Shown: positions 1 to 10,897, counted from the first letter of the stretch. The stretch is 64,000 bases of DNA from an uncultured delta proteobacterium (GCA_963833025.1 CAWHWI010000005.1:176644-240643), one strand, 5' to 3'. Made by a program: numbers and translations. The notes: a model not told the origin generated them from the letters alone.

Positions 1-258
1 GGCCTGCTGCAGTGGTTCCAGCCCAACACGCGCGTCCAGAAGGACCCGCTCGACTTCACTCGCTATGACCTGGGCGTGCAGTGGTTGATTAACAAATATC
101 TGCGCGTGGCCTTCGACTCACAGGCCATCCAGTACTACCACAGCCAGTTTACGTACGACGAAAACTACCCAGGGGGTGGCAACAAGGTCCATGAGGTGCC
201 GTTCGCGGTGGCGCGTGACACGCACGCGTTCTTCGTACACCTCGAATTCAGATACTAG
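1..258 (+). CDS. 3' end of a gene entering from upstream; C-terminal strands of an outer-membrane beta-barrel (porin-like) protein
   Basis: Frame 1 is open from base 1 to the TAG at 256-258. Alternating polar/hydrophobic pattern and a terminal ...FVHLEFRY ending in an aromatic residue, as in OM beta-barrel C-termini. Confidence 0.45.
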   Translation, partial: GLLQWFQPNTRVQKDPLDFTRYDLGVQWLINKYLRVAFDSQAIQYYHSQFTYDENYPGGGNKVHEVPFAVARDTHAFFVHLEFRY

Positions 259-270
259 TCACCGATCAGG

Positions 271-309
271 AGAGCCGGTGCGAGCATATGAAATGCTCGC
301 ACCGGCTCT
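271..309 (+). terminator. 17-bp perfect inverted repeat (agagccggtgcgagcat / atgctcgcaccggctct) just downstream of the stop codon
   Basis: Read directly from the sequence. Stem-loop lies 13 nt after the TAG; there is no clear T-tract, so intrinsic-terminator function is only probable. Confidence 0.5.
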
Positions 310-538
310 TGCTGAGGATGCTTGGCCGGTAGGACTGAGCCGCGATTGGAATCAATCCTCGGTATCGACTCGCCTCAAAGCCTGCTTGAGTTCACTCGGC
401 GGGACCGGTTCGCCGGCTGAGATCCTGCCGACCAGCTGCCGGTCTTCCCTCTCCTGCACGTAGTAGTCCTGCTGAGTAATCGGTTCCTGCGGAAGTTGTT
501 AGTTGTTGGACGCGCGATGGTTTGCTAACCAAACGTCG

Positions 539-847
539 ATGAACCCCCGCCACGCCGCCGCGCTCGCGTTCGTGGGCTGGTATCTGATGGTGCCACCCGA
601 CCAGCCGACACTGGGCGATCCAGTAGGATGGGTCTCGCGTGCTCCCTTGCGCGATTGGGAGATTGTTCAACGCTTTAACGCGACCAGCGCCTGCGAAAAA
701 AGAAAACACGAAATCATCAGTGATGCGCTTCATGCGATCAACGATGACGCCAAAGCCAAGGACGCGGATGGGGTGCTGTCGGATTACGCAATCTCGAACA
801 ACGCGACATGTATTTCCAGGGACGACCCCCGACTCAAGGGAAAGTAA
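539..847 (+). CDS. small hypothetical secreted/periplasmic protein (two Cys)
   Basis: ORF 503..847. Hydrophobic N-terminus AAALAFVGWYLMVPP, best read from the internal Met at 539. No recognisable family; coding call rests on ORF length and signal-like N-terminus. Confidence 0.4.
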   Translation: MNPRHAAALAFVGWYLMVPPDQPTLGDPVGWVSRAPLRDWEIVQRFNATSACEKRKHEIISDALHAINDDAKAKDADGVLSDYAISNNATCISRDDPRLKGK

Positions 848-886
848 GGAAGATTCTGCTTGCTCCTCGCCGCGGCCGGCTCAGCG

Positions 887-1711
887 CTACGGCAGTATCG
901 CGATCGCGCGCGCGGGAAAGCCCAGGCCATGTTGCGGCTTCGGCCAGCTCACGAAAATCAACGCGCCGGTGGCCGGCACCTTGTCCAGGTTGGCCATCAC
1001 TTCGATCTGCCAGTGACCGTGCTTGAGCAGCCAGCTCTCGGACTCGAGGCCCGCCGTCGGGTCGGTATCCATCGACTCGTGTCCGTTCGCCACGATGCCA
1101 CGCCGCTCGTACAGAAATCGGATCGCCGCCGGCGACCACGCCGGAAATGGGTTGCGCGAGAACCGGCGCGGATTCATGTCCCAGTCCTTGTACATGTCGG
1201 TGCGCAACGCGGCGAACGAGCCCGCCGGGACGCGGCCATGCAGCCGCTCCCACGCTTCGATGTCGGCGACGGTGAGCAGGTGGTTGGGATCGTCCTTGAG
1301 CATCGGCGTCAGGTCGAAAACCACCAGCGGCAGGATCATTTGCTTGACTGGAATCTCGTCCACCGTGGCGCCGGTCGGGTCGAAATGCGCAGGCGGGTCG
1401 ATATGCGTCCCGTACTGCCCCACCATCGCGAAAAATTGGGCGCGAAATCCATCCTGCTCAATAGTATAAGGATGGCCCGTCGCGGGATCCGCGGCTGCGG
1501 AGAAGGTTGCCGGGCCGAATCCTTTCCATACCGGTGTCAACGGGCCGAAGGAATGCGTCAGATCGACGAACTGCTTGGACGCGATTGTCCGGTAGGCGTC
1601 CGCGAGCGATCCCGCCTGCGCCAGCGCGATCGCCGATGCGCCGCCGATGAAAGCGAGGCTCACCAGCAGCTGCCACGCACAGATGACCAACCTTCCCCGC
1701 TTCCTGTCCAT
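887..1711 (-). CDS. cyclase-family protein (kynurenine-formamidase-like), secreted
   Basis: 274 aa with a signal peptide (LLVSLAFIGGASAIALAQA). Has segments such as FVDLTHSF, GTHIDPPAHF and the overall length typical of the putative cyclase family. Confidence 0.75.
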   Translation of the reverse strand: MDRKRGRLVICAWQLLVSLAFIGGASAIALAQAGSLADAYRTIASKQFVDLTHSFGPLTPVWKGFGPATFSAAADPATGHPYTIEQDGFRAQFFAMVGQYGTHIDPPAHFDPTGATVDEIPVKQMILPLVVFDLTPMLKDDPNHLLTVADIEAWERLHGRVPAGSFAALRTDMYKDWDMNPRRFSRNPFPAWSPAAIRFLYERRGIVANGHESMDTDPTAGLESESWLLKHGHWQIEVMANLDKVPATGALIFVSWPKPQHGLGFPARAIAILP

Positions 1712-1859
1712 GCGCGACCTCCTCGCCGATGTTTCAGAGATTTTAACTATGATCTACAAAAATACAAAAATAGGACGAGCGCCGCCGTCGGAATCAGAGG
1801 CTCTGATGCGCGATTGCCACACCTAGACAGCGACTAGTGTGCCGTATTGCAGAAACTCG

Positions 1860-2405
1860 CTAGCGCGCGGGGACTCTGTAAGGCGCCATGCGGCTGAACA
1901 ACCGATCCCGCAGGATCAGCGTGTGAAACAGAACAGCTCCAAAATGGGCGATGAACGCGAGGAATAAGAGGTAGGCGAGAACCGTGTGCGCCTTCCGCAA
2001 TGCCGCGTACAACATCACGCTATGCGGAAGAATCGGGAAAAGCTGCAGCGACCCATACAACACGATCGGATAGCGCGCCGCAGACAACATCCCCCAGCCG
2101 ACGAGCGGTTGCACAAACAGCAACGTGTACAGCAAGATTTCCGACTCGTGTGCAATGAAACGCTCCTGCGACGACATCGTTGCAGGAAAACGAGGCATGG
2201 TGCTGAACTGCCGGTTCACAAACCGGATCACCACTAGAATCAGGATCAGGATCCCCAATGGGCGATGTATTGATACCAGCCAGTGGTAGTCGGCGAGCGA
2301 CGCGACCATCGCAACACCAATGCCGAGCATGGTCAGCACCATCGCGGCCATCAACCAATGAAAAAACCGCATGGAAACTGTGAATTGCTGCTGGTTCGTC
2401 GTCAT
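1860..2405 (-). CDS. cytochrome b561 (CybB-type, di-haem membrane cytochrome)
   Basis: Start at ATG 2405 (MTTNQQQF...). Four TM helices with conserved His (FFHWLMA, SIHRPLG, AHTVLAY, IAHFGAVLFH). The longer 284-aa ORF upstream part is Arg-rich junk. Confidence 0.85.
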   Translation of the reverse strand: MTTNQQQFTVSMRFFHWLMAAMVLTMLGIGVAMVASLADYHWLVSIHRPLGILILILVVIRFVNRQFSTMPRFPATMSSQERFIAHESEILLYTLLFVQPLVGWGMLSAARYPIVLYGSLQLFPILPHSVMLYAALRKAHTVLAYLLFLAFIAHFGAVLFHTLILRDRLFSRMAPYRVPAR

Positions 2406-2413
2406 CCTGACAC

Positions 2414-3520
2414 TCACTTTTGCACTTCTGAAGGCGTGATCGCGCTCGGCTCCTTCTTCTCGCCGGCTCGTCTCGTAAACGATTGCGAATAAACCGCCGA
2501 TCGAGCGCTGAGCAGCGGATCGTCGGACGGTGCAATGCCGACCGGCAACACCAACGGATCGAAGTTGATGTCGCGACAGTTTCCAGGCGCCTCGGCCTCG
2601 ACTTGGTCGAGCGTCAGCGTACCCGCGTCGACGTGCTCTCGATCTTCCGGCCAGGGGAGCGTCGCGTCGTCGGTAGGGTCGCCGGGTTGTCCAACCGTGA
2701 GGACCAGTCGCCACTGCACGGGCCCGCTATGAATCCGCGCGATGAAGTCGTCGAAGAGATAGTTTTTCTCGGGATTGGCGGATTGAGCCGGATCTTCAGG
2801 CTTAAACGCATCCACCGGCACCATCGACCATCGAACCGGCGTCGAGACGTCGGCCGCGTTGATGAACCAGAACGCATTGAGGCCGTTGAAAGTGCTGTTG
2901 TCGAATCCCGAGGAAAATGGTTTGGCTTTGATGATCGTTAGAGCTCGCGCACTCTCAGGATGGGCGGCGAAAAATGCCTTCAGCTTTTCGGGATCCGGCT
3001 TGCCCGTCGCCGGGTCCGGCTTCGACGCCAGCAGTTGGTCGTAGAATCCCTGAGCGGTGCTGACCGCGAACACGGGGATATCAACCATTGCCGTCCGCAA
3101 CTCTTCCCCATTGCCTGGTGTGAAGTCGAGTCCCATTCCGCGCACGGACGCCGGGCTGTCGGACACAAAGGGATTGCCACCGGGTAGCGAGAAGCGGCCG
3201 ATGACCGGCACGCGGCCGGTCTGGAACACAACGGCCTTAGAGAGGCGCGCTCCTTGGCCATTGCTGTCGAAGTACCCGGTGACGCACATGCCTTTGGCAT
3301 GATTGCGACGGAAACCGGAGTGGATTCCGAAAACCTCTTCAAAACCGTTGACGAACCGCGCAGGTGTTAGTTCATGCGGATTGAACCAGCCTCCCAAATA
3401 AAGAAACCCTGCGACGACGCATAGGATGACAACGCCGATGCCCGCCAATCGCGCCAGTGTGCTGGATAGGCTCAGGGGAGCGGGCTGATTTTCCGTCGAT
3501 GGGGTCGCGTCACTTGGCAT
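2414..3520 (-). CDS. catalase-related peroxidase (small catalase-family haem protein) with N-terminal membrane anchor
   Basis: 368 aa with catalase-core motifs FRRNHAKG, VIGRFS and a distal-side pattern. Immediately upstream of cytochrome b561 in the same orientation, a commonly seen gene pair. Confidence 0.8.
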   Translation of the reverse strand: MPSDATPSTENQPAPLSLSSTLARLAGIGVVILCVVAGFLYLGGWFNPHELTPARFVNGFEEVFGIHSGFRRNHAKGMCVTGYFDSNGQGARLSKAVVFQTGRVPVIGRFSLPGGNPFVSDSPASVRGMGLDFTPGNGEELRTAMVDIPVFAVSTAQGFYDQLLASKPDPATGKPDPEKLKAFFAAHPESARALTIIKAKPFSSGFDNSTFNGLNAFWFINAADVSTPVRWSMVPVDAFKPEDPAQSANPEKNYLFDDFIARIHSGPVQWRLVLTVGQPGDPTDDATLPWPEDREHVDAGTLTLDQVEAEAPGNCRDINFDPLVLPVGIAPSDDPLLSARSAVYSQSFTRRAGEKKEPSAITPSEVQK

Positions 3521-3865
3521 TGCCGTCTCTCCAATGCCTGCTTGCCGATCAACATGTTACAAACCCGGACGACCGTAGCCGGAATTCCGCTTTATCCGGA
3601 ATGTCCGTTTTGACGCTCCAACCCTTTTTTCATAGCCCCGTTCCAAGCTGTGAGGCAAGCGATCGTGCCCCTCGCTCTCGGTTCTCCTCCAGCACATCTG
3701 TGCCCGATTTGTAGGTGCGTTTCACCATCGCCCTTTTTGCTCGCGCGACTTGAGGGTGAGTTCAATCGTTCGCCAGCCGCCGTCTTGAATTACCGAAATC
3801 TCGCTCCCGAGTCATTTGATTACCCGGCCCTGCGCATAATGCCGGCGCTCTGGTAGAATGCGCCA

Positions 3866-6241
3866 ATGGCTGAAGGTCAGCCGCGAATTACCACCGCAGG
3901 CACGCGCGCCGCCGCCGTCTATGCACTGATGATCGGCGCGCTGGTCCTTTTCTATTTGTGGATTCGCTCGTACGGCGAGACGCTGGGCGCCCCCGCCCCT
4001 GCGGGGAATAACGTCTTCGGCTCTGGCGCATCGCTTGCCAATGAGGGCGGCCTGCTGCACGTTCTGCTCGCGCTGGTGGTGGTGATTGCGACCGCGCGCG
4101 CGATGGGCTGGATCTTCCGCAGTGCCAATCAGCCGCAGGTGGTAGGCGAAATTCTCGCCGGCGTCGTGCTCGGGCCTTCGCTCGTCGGGCGTCTCGCGCC
4201 GGGCGCCGAAGGATATCTTTTCCCCGTTACGGTGGGGCCGTTTCTCAATATCATCGCGCAAGTCGGCGTCATCCTTTATATGTTCCTGGTCGGACTCGAG
4301 CTCGACCCCGCGCTGCTTCGCAAGCGCGGCCACACGACCGTCGCGATTTCTCACGCGAGCATCATCACGCCGTTTCTGCTCGGCGCGACGATTGCGCTTT
4401 ATCTTTATCCGAAGTTGTCGACCAGCGACGTGCCATTCACGTGCTTTTCGCTGTTCCTGGGCGTCTCGATGTCGGTGACGGCGTTTCCGGTGCTCGCGAG
4501 AATCCTGACCGATCGCGGAATTCACAAGACCCGCATGGGCGCGATCGCGCTGACCTGCGCCGCCGTCGACGACGTGACCGCGTGGTGCATGCTGGCCTTC
4601 GTGGTCAGCGTGGCGCGGGCACAGGCGACGGGCGCGCTGGCGACCATCGCGATGGCGCTCGGATTCATTGTGCTGATGATCGCCGTCGTGCGGCCCGCGA
4701 TGGTCCGCCTCTCGCTGCTCTATGGAAACCGCGGGCGGCTGACGCAGGGCGTGATGGCGTCGATATTTATCGCGCTGCTGATCTCCGCGTCTGCCACCGA
4801 ACTGATCGGCATCCACGCCGTGTTCGGCGCGTTCGCGCTCGGCGCCGTGATTCCGCACGACAGCGGGATGGCACGCGAGCTGACCGACCGCCTCGAAGAC
4901 ATCGTGATCGTGCTGCTGCTGCCCGCATTCTTCGCCTACACTGGCCTGCGCACGCAGATCGGGCTGGTCAGCGGATACGAGCAATGGATGATGTGCGCGC
5001 TGATCATCGCCCTCGCGTCGCTGGGCAAGTTCGGCGGCAGCGCCGTCGCGGCGCGAATCACGGGTCTGGACTGGCGCGACTCGTCGGCGCTGGGCGTCTT
5101 GATGAATACGCGCGGCCTGATGGAACTCATTGTGCTGAATATCGGGCTCGAGATGAACGTCATCTCGCCGACCCTGTTCGCGATGCTCGTGATCATGGCG
5201 CTGGTCACCACTTTTGCGACCACGCCGATTCTGCATCTGATCACGCGCCGTCAAGGCGCGGAGATCGAGCCGTTTCCGGAGCTCGGCACGTTCTCGCCCG
5301 AGCCTGCCGTCGCGCCGCAAGCCGCTCCGATTCGCGCACCGCATCCCGCGCCACGGCCTGCCCAGCCTCCGCCGCGCCCGATACTCGTCGGCACCGAGCA
5401 CAGCGCCATCCTGGTGCCGGTCTCGAATCCGGAGGGCGTGGCCGTGCTGGTCGAGCTGGCGCTGGCCGCGACCCCGCACGACGCACCGCCGCCGCGCGTG
5501 CTCGCACTGGTGAAAACTCCGCCGGGCGGTGTGCGATCGGGACTGCGCGAGGCCGACCAGCGCGTGCCGCCCCGCTCTCCCGCGCTGGCGGCTGCCATGG
5601 ATCTCGCGCTCGCGCGCGGCAGCATCATCACGCCGCAGGCTGTGTGGACGACCAATCCCGCGACGGACATCCTGGCGTTCGCCAATCAGCCACAAATCGG
5701 ATGGCTGCTGCTCGGATCGCATCGCGCGGTCTTCGGTTCCGATTTCATGGGCGGCGTGGTCCGCGAAATTCTCGACAAGGCGCGCGCCCTGCCGGTTCAC
5801 GTCGCGGTTGTGATTCACGGCGGCGAACGCCCGCTGGACCGGGTGTTTGCGGTGGTGGACCGCGGCACGCATGGACGCGCGGCGCTCGACCTCGCGCTGC
5901 GAGTGGCGATGCGCAAGAAATCCGGCCTGCACGCCGTGCTGGTGCCTGACGACGGAAGCGGCGAAGATACCGAACTGCTCGATCTGATTCGCGACGCCGG
6001 CCGCGCGCTGGGGCGCCGCCTCCACACCGACGTGCTCAGCGCCCCGACCGCCGCGCAACTGGCGCGTCAAACGCCCGGCGGCCTGGTCGTCATCGCCACC
6101 AACCTCGCCGACAAGGTAGGACTCTCGCCCGAAGATCTAACCGATCCCAAACGATGCGTCGTGGTCGTACAAGGCTCAGACAGCGCCCCCGCCCGCCTCG
6201 GCGCCCGCACAATAGAGCATCATCGAAGCGTCAAGCCTTAG
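3866..6241 (+). CDS. cation:proton antiporter (CPA2 / Na+/H+ exchanger family) with long cytoplasmic C-terminal USP-like region
   Basis: 791 aa with about 12 TM helices and typical N-terminal [17 protein letters not shown]. The C-terminal ~300 aa are soluble with two alpha/beta repeats. Confidence 0.85.
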   Translation: MAEGQPRITTAGTRAAAVYALMIGALVLFYLWIRSYGETLGAPAPAGNNVFGSGASLANEGGLLHVLLALVVVIATARAMGWIFRSANQPQVVGEILAGVVLGPSLVGRLAPGAEGYLFPVTVGPFLNIIAQVGVILYMFLVGLELDPALLRKRGHTTVAISHASIITPFLLGATIALYLYPKLSTSDVPFTCFSLFLGVSMSVTAFPVLARILTDRGIHKTRMGAIALTCAAVDDVTAWCMLAFVVSVARAQATGALATIAMALGFIVLMIAVVRPAMVRLSLLYGNRGRLTQGVMASIFIALLISASATELIGIHAVFGAFALGAVIPHDSGMARELTDRLEDIVIVLLLPAFFAYTGLRTQIGLVSGYEQWMMCALIIALASLGKFGGSAVAARITGLDWRDSSALGVLMNTRGLMELIVLNIGLEMNVISPTLFAMLVIMALVTTFATTPILHLITRRQGAEIEPFPELGTFSPEPAVAPQAAPIRAPHPAPRPAQPPPRPILVGTEHSAILVPVSNPEGVAVLVELALAATPHDAPPPRVLALVKTPPGGVRSGLREADQRVPPRSPALAAAMDLALARGSIITPQAVWTTNPATDILAFANQPQIGWLLLGSHRAVFGSDFMGGVVREILDKARALPVHVAVVIHGGERPLDRVFAVVDRGTHGRAALDLALRVAMRKKSGLHAVLVPDDGSGEDTELLDLIRDAGRALGRRLHTDVLSAPTAAQLARQTPGGLVVIATNLADKVGLSPEDLTDPKRCVVVVQGSDSAPARLGARTIEHHRSVKP

Positions 6242-6971
6242 CCGGTGCGGTTTCGCGGGCTAGCTGCTCGCCGGTCTTTCGCTCGACGCCGAGCCAGTTA
6301 TAGAAGAAGCCGCCGACCGCGGCACCGGCTATCGGGGCGACCCAGAAAAGCCACAGCTGCTCGAGCGCCCATCCGCCGACGAACAGCGCAGGGCCGGTGC
6401 TGCGCGCGGGATTCACCGAAGTGTTGTCCACCGGGATGCTGATCAAATGAATCAGCGTCAGAACGAGCCCGATCGGAATCGGCGCGAAGCCGACGGCGAC
6501 ACGCTTGTCGGTCGAGCCGAGGATAACGATCAGGAACATGAAGGTCAGCACGAATTCAGCAACGAAGGCCGCGCCAAGACTATAGCCGCCCGGCGAATGA
6601 ACGCCGTATCCGTTGGACGCGAACCCGGCGCTGAGATCGAACCCCGGACCGCCGCTGGCGATTACGTAGAGTACGGAAGACGCGAGGATTGCGCCAATCA
6701 CTTGCGCGATGATGTAGGTTGGGACCTCGCGCCCCGGGAATCGCTTGCCGGCCCACAACCCGATCGTAACTGCGGGATTGATATGGCATCCCGAGATCGA
6801 TCCGATCGTGAACGCCATCGTCAGCAGCGTGAGTCCGAACGCGAACGCCACTCCCAGGAATCCGATTCCGGTCTTCGGAAAGCCGGCTGCAAGCACGGCA
6901 CTGCCGCATCCGCCGAAAACCAGCCAGAAAGTGCCGATCAACTCCGCTGCGAATCGCCGCGACATGCTCAT
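6231..6971 (-). CDS. aqpZ: aquaporin Z
   Basis: 246 aa with both NPA boxes (HINPAVT and VNPARS) and an AqpZ-like N-terminus [20 protein letters not shown]. Its 3' end overlaps the convergent antiporter by 11 nt. Confidence 0.95.
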   Translation of the reverse strand: MSMSRRFAAELIGTFWLVFGGCGSAVLAAGFPKTGIGFLGVAFAFGLTLLTMAFTIGSISGCHINPAVTIGLWAGKRFPGREVPTYIIAQVIGAILASSVLYVIASGGPGFDLSAGFASNGYGVHSPGGYSLGAAFVAEFVLTFMFLIVILGSTDKRVAVGFAPIPIGLVLTLIHLISIPVDNTSVNPARSTGPALFVGGWALEQLWLFWVAPIAGAAVGGFFYNWLGVERKTGEQLARETAPAKA

Positions 6972-7055
6972 AGCCGGCCTCCCCGAATCAAGACATCAGA
7001 TTGGTTCAGCCGTATCGCGGCGCGCAGTTAAACGCAACTCATCCGAATCAAATCG

Positions 7056-7649
7056 CTACTTCTTGATCGCCTCGACATCGATTGAAATCGCGACCGCGTC
7101 GCCGACCATCACGCCGCCCGCCTCCAGCGCCTTGTTCCAAGTGAGGCCGAAATCGCTGCGATTGATTTTCGCCGTCGCCGACGCGCCCGCGCGCGTGTGA
7201 CCCATCACCTGAATCGGCGGCCCGGATCCTTCGACGTCGAGCACCACCGGCTTGGTCACGCCGTGCAGCGTCAGGTCGCCCGTCACCTTCCACTTGTTCG
7301 GCCCCGCGGCTTCCACCTTGGTGGATTTGAACGTAATCGTCGGGTACTTCGCGACGTCGAGAAAGTCGGGACTCTTGAGATGCATATCGCGCTTCTCGAC
7401 CCGCGTGTCGACCGACGACGCGTCGATAGTCGCGTCGATTTGTGCCGACGCCGCATCGCTGCCATTGGCGGTGATCGTGCCCGCGGTCTTCTGGAACTGC
7501 CCCTTCACGTTCGAGATCATCATGTGACGCACGGTGAACTCGACGTTGGTATGCGCGGGATCGATTTGCCAGGTGTCGGCACGCGCAAGAACTGGAAGCG
7601 CGACCACGATTGCGAGCGCGATTGCCGATTTCGAAATCCAGGACTTCAT
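7056..7649 (-). CDS. YceI-family periplasmic polyisoprenoid-binding protein
   Basis: Start at ATG 7649 preceded by AAGGAG. Has a signal peptide and the YceI signatures WQIDPAHTNVEF, HGVTKPV and DFGL. Confidence 0.9.
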   Translation of the reverse strand: MKSWISKSAIALAIVVALPVLARADTWQIDPAHTNVEFTVRHMMISNVKGQFQKTAGTITANGSDAASAQIDATIDASSVDTRVEKRDMHLKSPDFLDVAKYPTITFKSTKVEAAGPNKWKVTGDLTLHGVTKPVVLDVEGSGPPIQVMGHTRAGASATAKINRSDFGLTWNKALEAGGVMVGDAVAISIDVEAIKK

Positions 7650-7716
7650 TTGGGGCTCCTTGAGTTGAAGGGTTAGCGTATTGAACACGCGAAGTGGGTG
7701 TCCGGCAAGGGGTAAA

Positions 7717-9015
7717 TCACGCGGGCGCCGCGTCCATCCCGACCGACTTGAGCCGCGTCAGCAGCACGATACCGCTCAACATCGTGATCGCGCCGCAAAT
7801 CACCACCGCCTGCATCGGCCCCAGATGCGAGCCCATGTAGCCGACCTCGAGCGCGCCGACCGGCGTCATCCCGACGGCCGCAAGCTGATAGGTGCTCATC
7901 ACGCGGCCGCGCAAATCGTCGTTTACAAACATCTGCACCAGCGTGTTGTTGCTCGCTCTGAAGTTGGTCAGCCCCGCGCCGATCACGAACTGCGCGGCCA
8001 GTGACAGCGCAAACGAGCGCGACATACCGAACACCGCGATTCCCACCGCCGACAGAAAAAGCCCGACCAGCAGATTGTTCCTCATCCCCCGCGTCGACAC
8101 GCGCGAGGCCAGCGTCGCCGCGCCGACCACCGACCCCAATCCCTGTATCGCGACCAGGAATCCGTAAGTCCGCGCGTCGCCGTGCAGCACGTTCTTAGCG
8201 AACAGCGGAACCAGCACCAGGTACTGGTAGCCGAAGCCGTTGGTGACCGCGGCCAGCGCCATCTGGTAGAAGATCGGCCGGTTGCTCCATACGTACGCAA
8301 GTCCCTCGCGCAGTTGATGAATCATGCGCGCGCCGGCGCCGGCAATCACCCGCGCCGGAATTTCCATCTGGGTCAGGCTCCAGATAACGGCGAGGAAACT
8401 CACGCCGTTCAGGAAAAAACACGTTCCGATGCCGAGCCACGCGATCAGCAATCCCGCCGCCGCCGGACCGAGCATGCGCGCGCTGTTGAACATCATCGAG
8501 TTGAGCGCGATTGCGTTGGCCAGATCGTCGTAGCCCACCATCTCGACCACGAACGACTGGCGCCCCGGCATGTCAAACGAGCCGACGGTACCGTTGAATG
8601 CCGCCAGCAGAATCACGTACTCGACCCGGACGGCGCCGGTCCACGTCAGCGCCGCGAGCGTAAACGCGCTCAGCATCAGCAGGATTTGTGTGACGATTAT
8701 CAGACGGCGGCGATCGATGCGATCAACCACTACGCCGGCGAACAAGCCGACCAAAAGAATCGGCGTGAACTGCGCGAACGAGACCACGCCAAGCATCTGC
8801 GCCGAGTTCGTCAGCTTCAGCACCAGCCACGCCTGCGCGGCGCTTTGCATCCAGGTGCCGGCCAGCGAGATCAGCTGACCGAAAAAATATAGGCGATAGT
8901 TGCGATGCCGCAGCGCGCGAAACGCGCCGCGACGCTCGCTTGAATCTTCACTTGGCGGTTGGAGCTGGTCGGGCTGGCCGGTCTCCACCACGGGCGCTGC
9001 GTCAATCTCAGGCAC
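7717..9015 (-). CDS. MFS transporter (EntS/DUF894-like family)
   Basis: 12 TM helices with N-terminal FRALRHRNYRLYFFGQLISLAGTWMQ. The maximal ORF reaches 9093 but would overlap the upstream gene by 86 nt. GTG at 9015 overlaps that gene's stop by 8 nt and is preferred; the start remains uncertain. Confidence 0.8.
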   Translation of the reverse strand: MPEIDAAPVVETGQPDQLQPPSEDSSERRGAFRALRHRNYRLYFFGQLISLAGTWMQSAAQAWLVLKLTNSAQMLGVVSFAQFTPILLVGLFAGVVVDRIDRRRLIIVTQILLMLSAFTLAALTWTGAVRVEYVILLAAFNGTVGSFDMPGRQSFVVEMVGYDDLANAIALNSMMFNSARMLGPAAAGLLIAWLGIGTCFFLNGVSFLAVIWSLTQMEIPARVIAGAGARMIHQLREGLAYVWSNRPIFYQMALAAVTNGFGYQYLVLVPLFAKNVLHGDARTYGFLVAIQGLGSVVGAATLASRVSTRGMRNNLLVGLFLSAVGIAVFGMSRSFALSLAAQFVIGAGLTNFRASNNTLVQMFVNDDLRGRVMSTYQLAAVGMTPVGALEVGYMGSHLGPMQAVVICGAITMLSGIVLLTRLKSVGMDAAPA

Positions 9016-9763
9016 GGCGCGCCGATTTGTTGGTGAACGCCGCGATCCGCTCGCGCATATCGGGACCGACGCCCGCGTTTCGATACACTTCATGCGCCAG
9101 GCCCGCGCCCAGCGGCGAGCCGTCGGTCTCGATCAGCAGGCGCTTGTTCGCGCGATGACTGAACCATGAATTGGCCAGGATTGTGTCTGCCAGTGCGCGC
9201 AGTTCCCGGTCGAACGAATCGTCGGGGACGCAAATGTTCACGAGGCCCATCGCGGCCGCCTCGATGCCGGTGTAAGTGCGGCACGTCAGCATCATCTCGC
9301 GCGCCTTGGACGGACCGACGCGCCGCGGCAGCCGCTGGCTCATCCCCCAGATAGGAGTCAGCGCCCATCGCGCGTGAGTGTCGGCGAATTTTGCGGATTC
9401 GGCCGCGACGATCAGATCGCCCGCCAGCGCCAATTCGAGCGCGCCCGTGTAGCAATGTCCATGCACCGCGGAAATGACGGGCTGCGGAAGATCGGCGAGC
9501 CGCTCAATCGTCTCGGACTGAAAATTCGGCTTCGGCGGCCGCTCGCCCTTGGCGATATCGGCGAGATCGTGCCCGGCGGAGAAGCATTTGCCCGCGCCGC
9601 GCACGACCACCAGCCCGACGCGCTCGGTCTCGCGCGCAATCTGGTCAACGTGCGCGCGCAATTCGACAAACATCTCGACGTTGAGCGAGTTGAGTTTCTC
9701 GGGGCGATTGAGCGTGAGCGTGGCGAGACCGTCACGGTCTTCGCGAAGCACTAATCCAGCCAT
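9008..9763 (-). CDS. enoyl-CoA hydratase/isomerase (crotonase) family protein
   Basis: Start at ATG 9763 with GGAGG 6 nt upstream. Crotonase motifs VVVRGAGKCFSAGHDL and GHCYTGALELALAGDL. Confidence 0.9.
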   Translation of the reverse strand: MAGLVLREDRDGLATLTLNRPEKLNSLNVEMFVELRAHVDQIARETERVGLVVVRGAGKCFSAGHDLADIAKGERPPKPNFQSETIERLADLPQPVISAVHGHCYTGALELALAGDLIVAAESAKFADTHARWALTPIWGMSQRLPRRVGPSKAREMMLTCRTYTGIEAAAMGLVNICVPDDSFDRELRALADTILANSWFSHRANKRLLIETDGSPLGAGLAHEVYRNAGVGPDMRERIAAFTNKSARRA

Positions 9764-9887
9764 GATGTCCTCCGATCGATATCGGAGACTACCGAGCACC
9801 GTTCAGGTTCGCAAATATACGAGTCCGAAATTCTTTTTCTTTCCTCTCCCTTTGAGGGAGAGCGACTGTGTTGAGAGTCAAGGGAGC

Positions 9888-9942
9888 GGCATCATCCGCG
9901 CCACCCTCCAAAGGTGTTTGAGAGGGTGGCGCGGATGATGCC
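9888..9942. repeat. perfect 21-bp inverted repeat with 13-nt loop, 8 nt downstream of the transposase stop
   Basis: ggcatcatccgcgccaccctc (9888-9908) pairs with gagggtggcgcggatgatgcc (9922-9942); read directly. Confidence 0.9.
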
Positions 9943-9949
9943 TTATGAG

Positions 9950-10897
9950 TCAGGCGACGACGGCGCATGGCGGCCTCCAGGGCGAATTGGTTTTGAGCAT
10001 CGCGTTGAGGATGACCAGCAGCTTGCGCATGGCCGCGATGATGGCGACCTTGGCCGGTTTACCGGCCGCCCGCAGCCGGCGATAAAAGCTGCGCAGCACC
10101 GGGTTGCAGCGAATCGCAGACAGGGTGGCCATATACAGGGCGCTGCGCACCTCGGCGCGGCCGCCGAAGATCGGGCTGCGCCCGCGCCACTCACCGCTTT
10201 GATGGTCATACGGTGCGACTCCGACCAGCGCTGCGACCTGCTTGGGCCCGAGCAGTCCCAGCTCCGGCAGCCGGCTGACCAGGATCGCGCAGGTCACCGG
10301 CCCCAGTCCCGGCACCTGCTCGAGTTGCGCGCAGCGCTGCGCCAGGCGCGGATTGTCCCGCAGCCGTTGTTCGATCTGATGGTCGATCGCACCGAGCTCG
10401 CGCTCCAGCGCCCGGACCATGCGCTTGATGCTGGACCGCACTGAGCGCGGCGCCTGCTGCACCCGGGTGCGTTCCGCCGCCAGCATCTTGATTACTTGCC
10501 GCCGGCGTACGGCCAGGGCCTTGAGTTCTTCATCCGCCGCCTCCGGCGGAGGCAGCGCTTGGGGCTGCATGCGCAAGCCAAACTCACATAGCCCACGCGC
10601 GTCGAGCTGATCGGTTTTTGCCAATTGCCGATTAGCTTGGGCGAAGTGATAGGCGACGCGCGGATTGATTAGCGCGGTCGGCATCCCCGCCGCCCACAGC
10701 GCCAGATAGGCCGGGCGCTCATAGCCACCCGAAGCTTCCAGCACCGCCAGCGCGGCGCCGCTTGGCCGCAGCCGCGCCAGCAACTCGCTTATCCCGTCCT
10801 CGTTGTTCGCAACGCTGAAGCCGCCGCCGTCGGACAACGCTACTTCCAGCGTGCGCTTGCTCACATCGATCCCAACCACCACCACCGCTGCTTGCAT
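9950..10897 (-). CDS. IS110-family transposase (DEDD recombinase)
   Basis: Start MQAAVVVVGIDVSK at 10897 with GGAGG upstream. Has N-terminal GIDVSK and LEASGGYE, and C-terminal VPGLGPVTCAILV ... VGVAPYDHQSG motifs typical of the DEDD_Tnp_IS110 + Transposase_20 architecture. Confidence 0.9.
   Translation of the reverse strand: MQAAVVVVGIDVSKRTLEVALSDGGGFSVANNEDGISELLARLRPSGAALAVLEASGGYERPAYLALWAAGMPTALINPRVAYHFAQANRQLAKTDQLDARGLCEFGLRMQPQALPPPEAADEELKALAVRRRQVIKMLAAERTRVQQAPRSVRSSIKRMVRALERELGAIDHQIEQRLRDNPRLAQRCAQLEQVPGLGPVTCAILVSRLPELGLLGPKQVAALVGVAPYDHQSGEWRGRSPIFGGRAEVRSALYMATLSAIRCNPVLRSFYRRLRAAGKPAKVAIIAAMRKLLVILNAMLKTNSPWRPPCAVVA

Noticed and set aside
4441-5949. 502-aa + strand ORF in an alternative frame inside the antiporter gene
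   Set aside because: It is extremely Arg/Ala/Gly/Asp-rich (about 25% Arg) and is an overlapping-frame artefact. The frame starting at 3866 carries the real transporter motifs.
3812-6070. 752-aa minus-strand ORF, the longest ORF on that strand in this region
   Set aside because: It lies entirely antisense to the well-supported CPA2 antiporter. Its translation is Arg/His/Asp/Gly-rich with no domain or TM logic, the typical open antisense frame of high-GC coding DNA.
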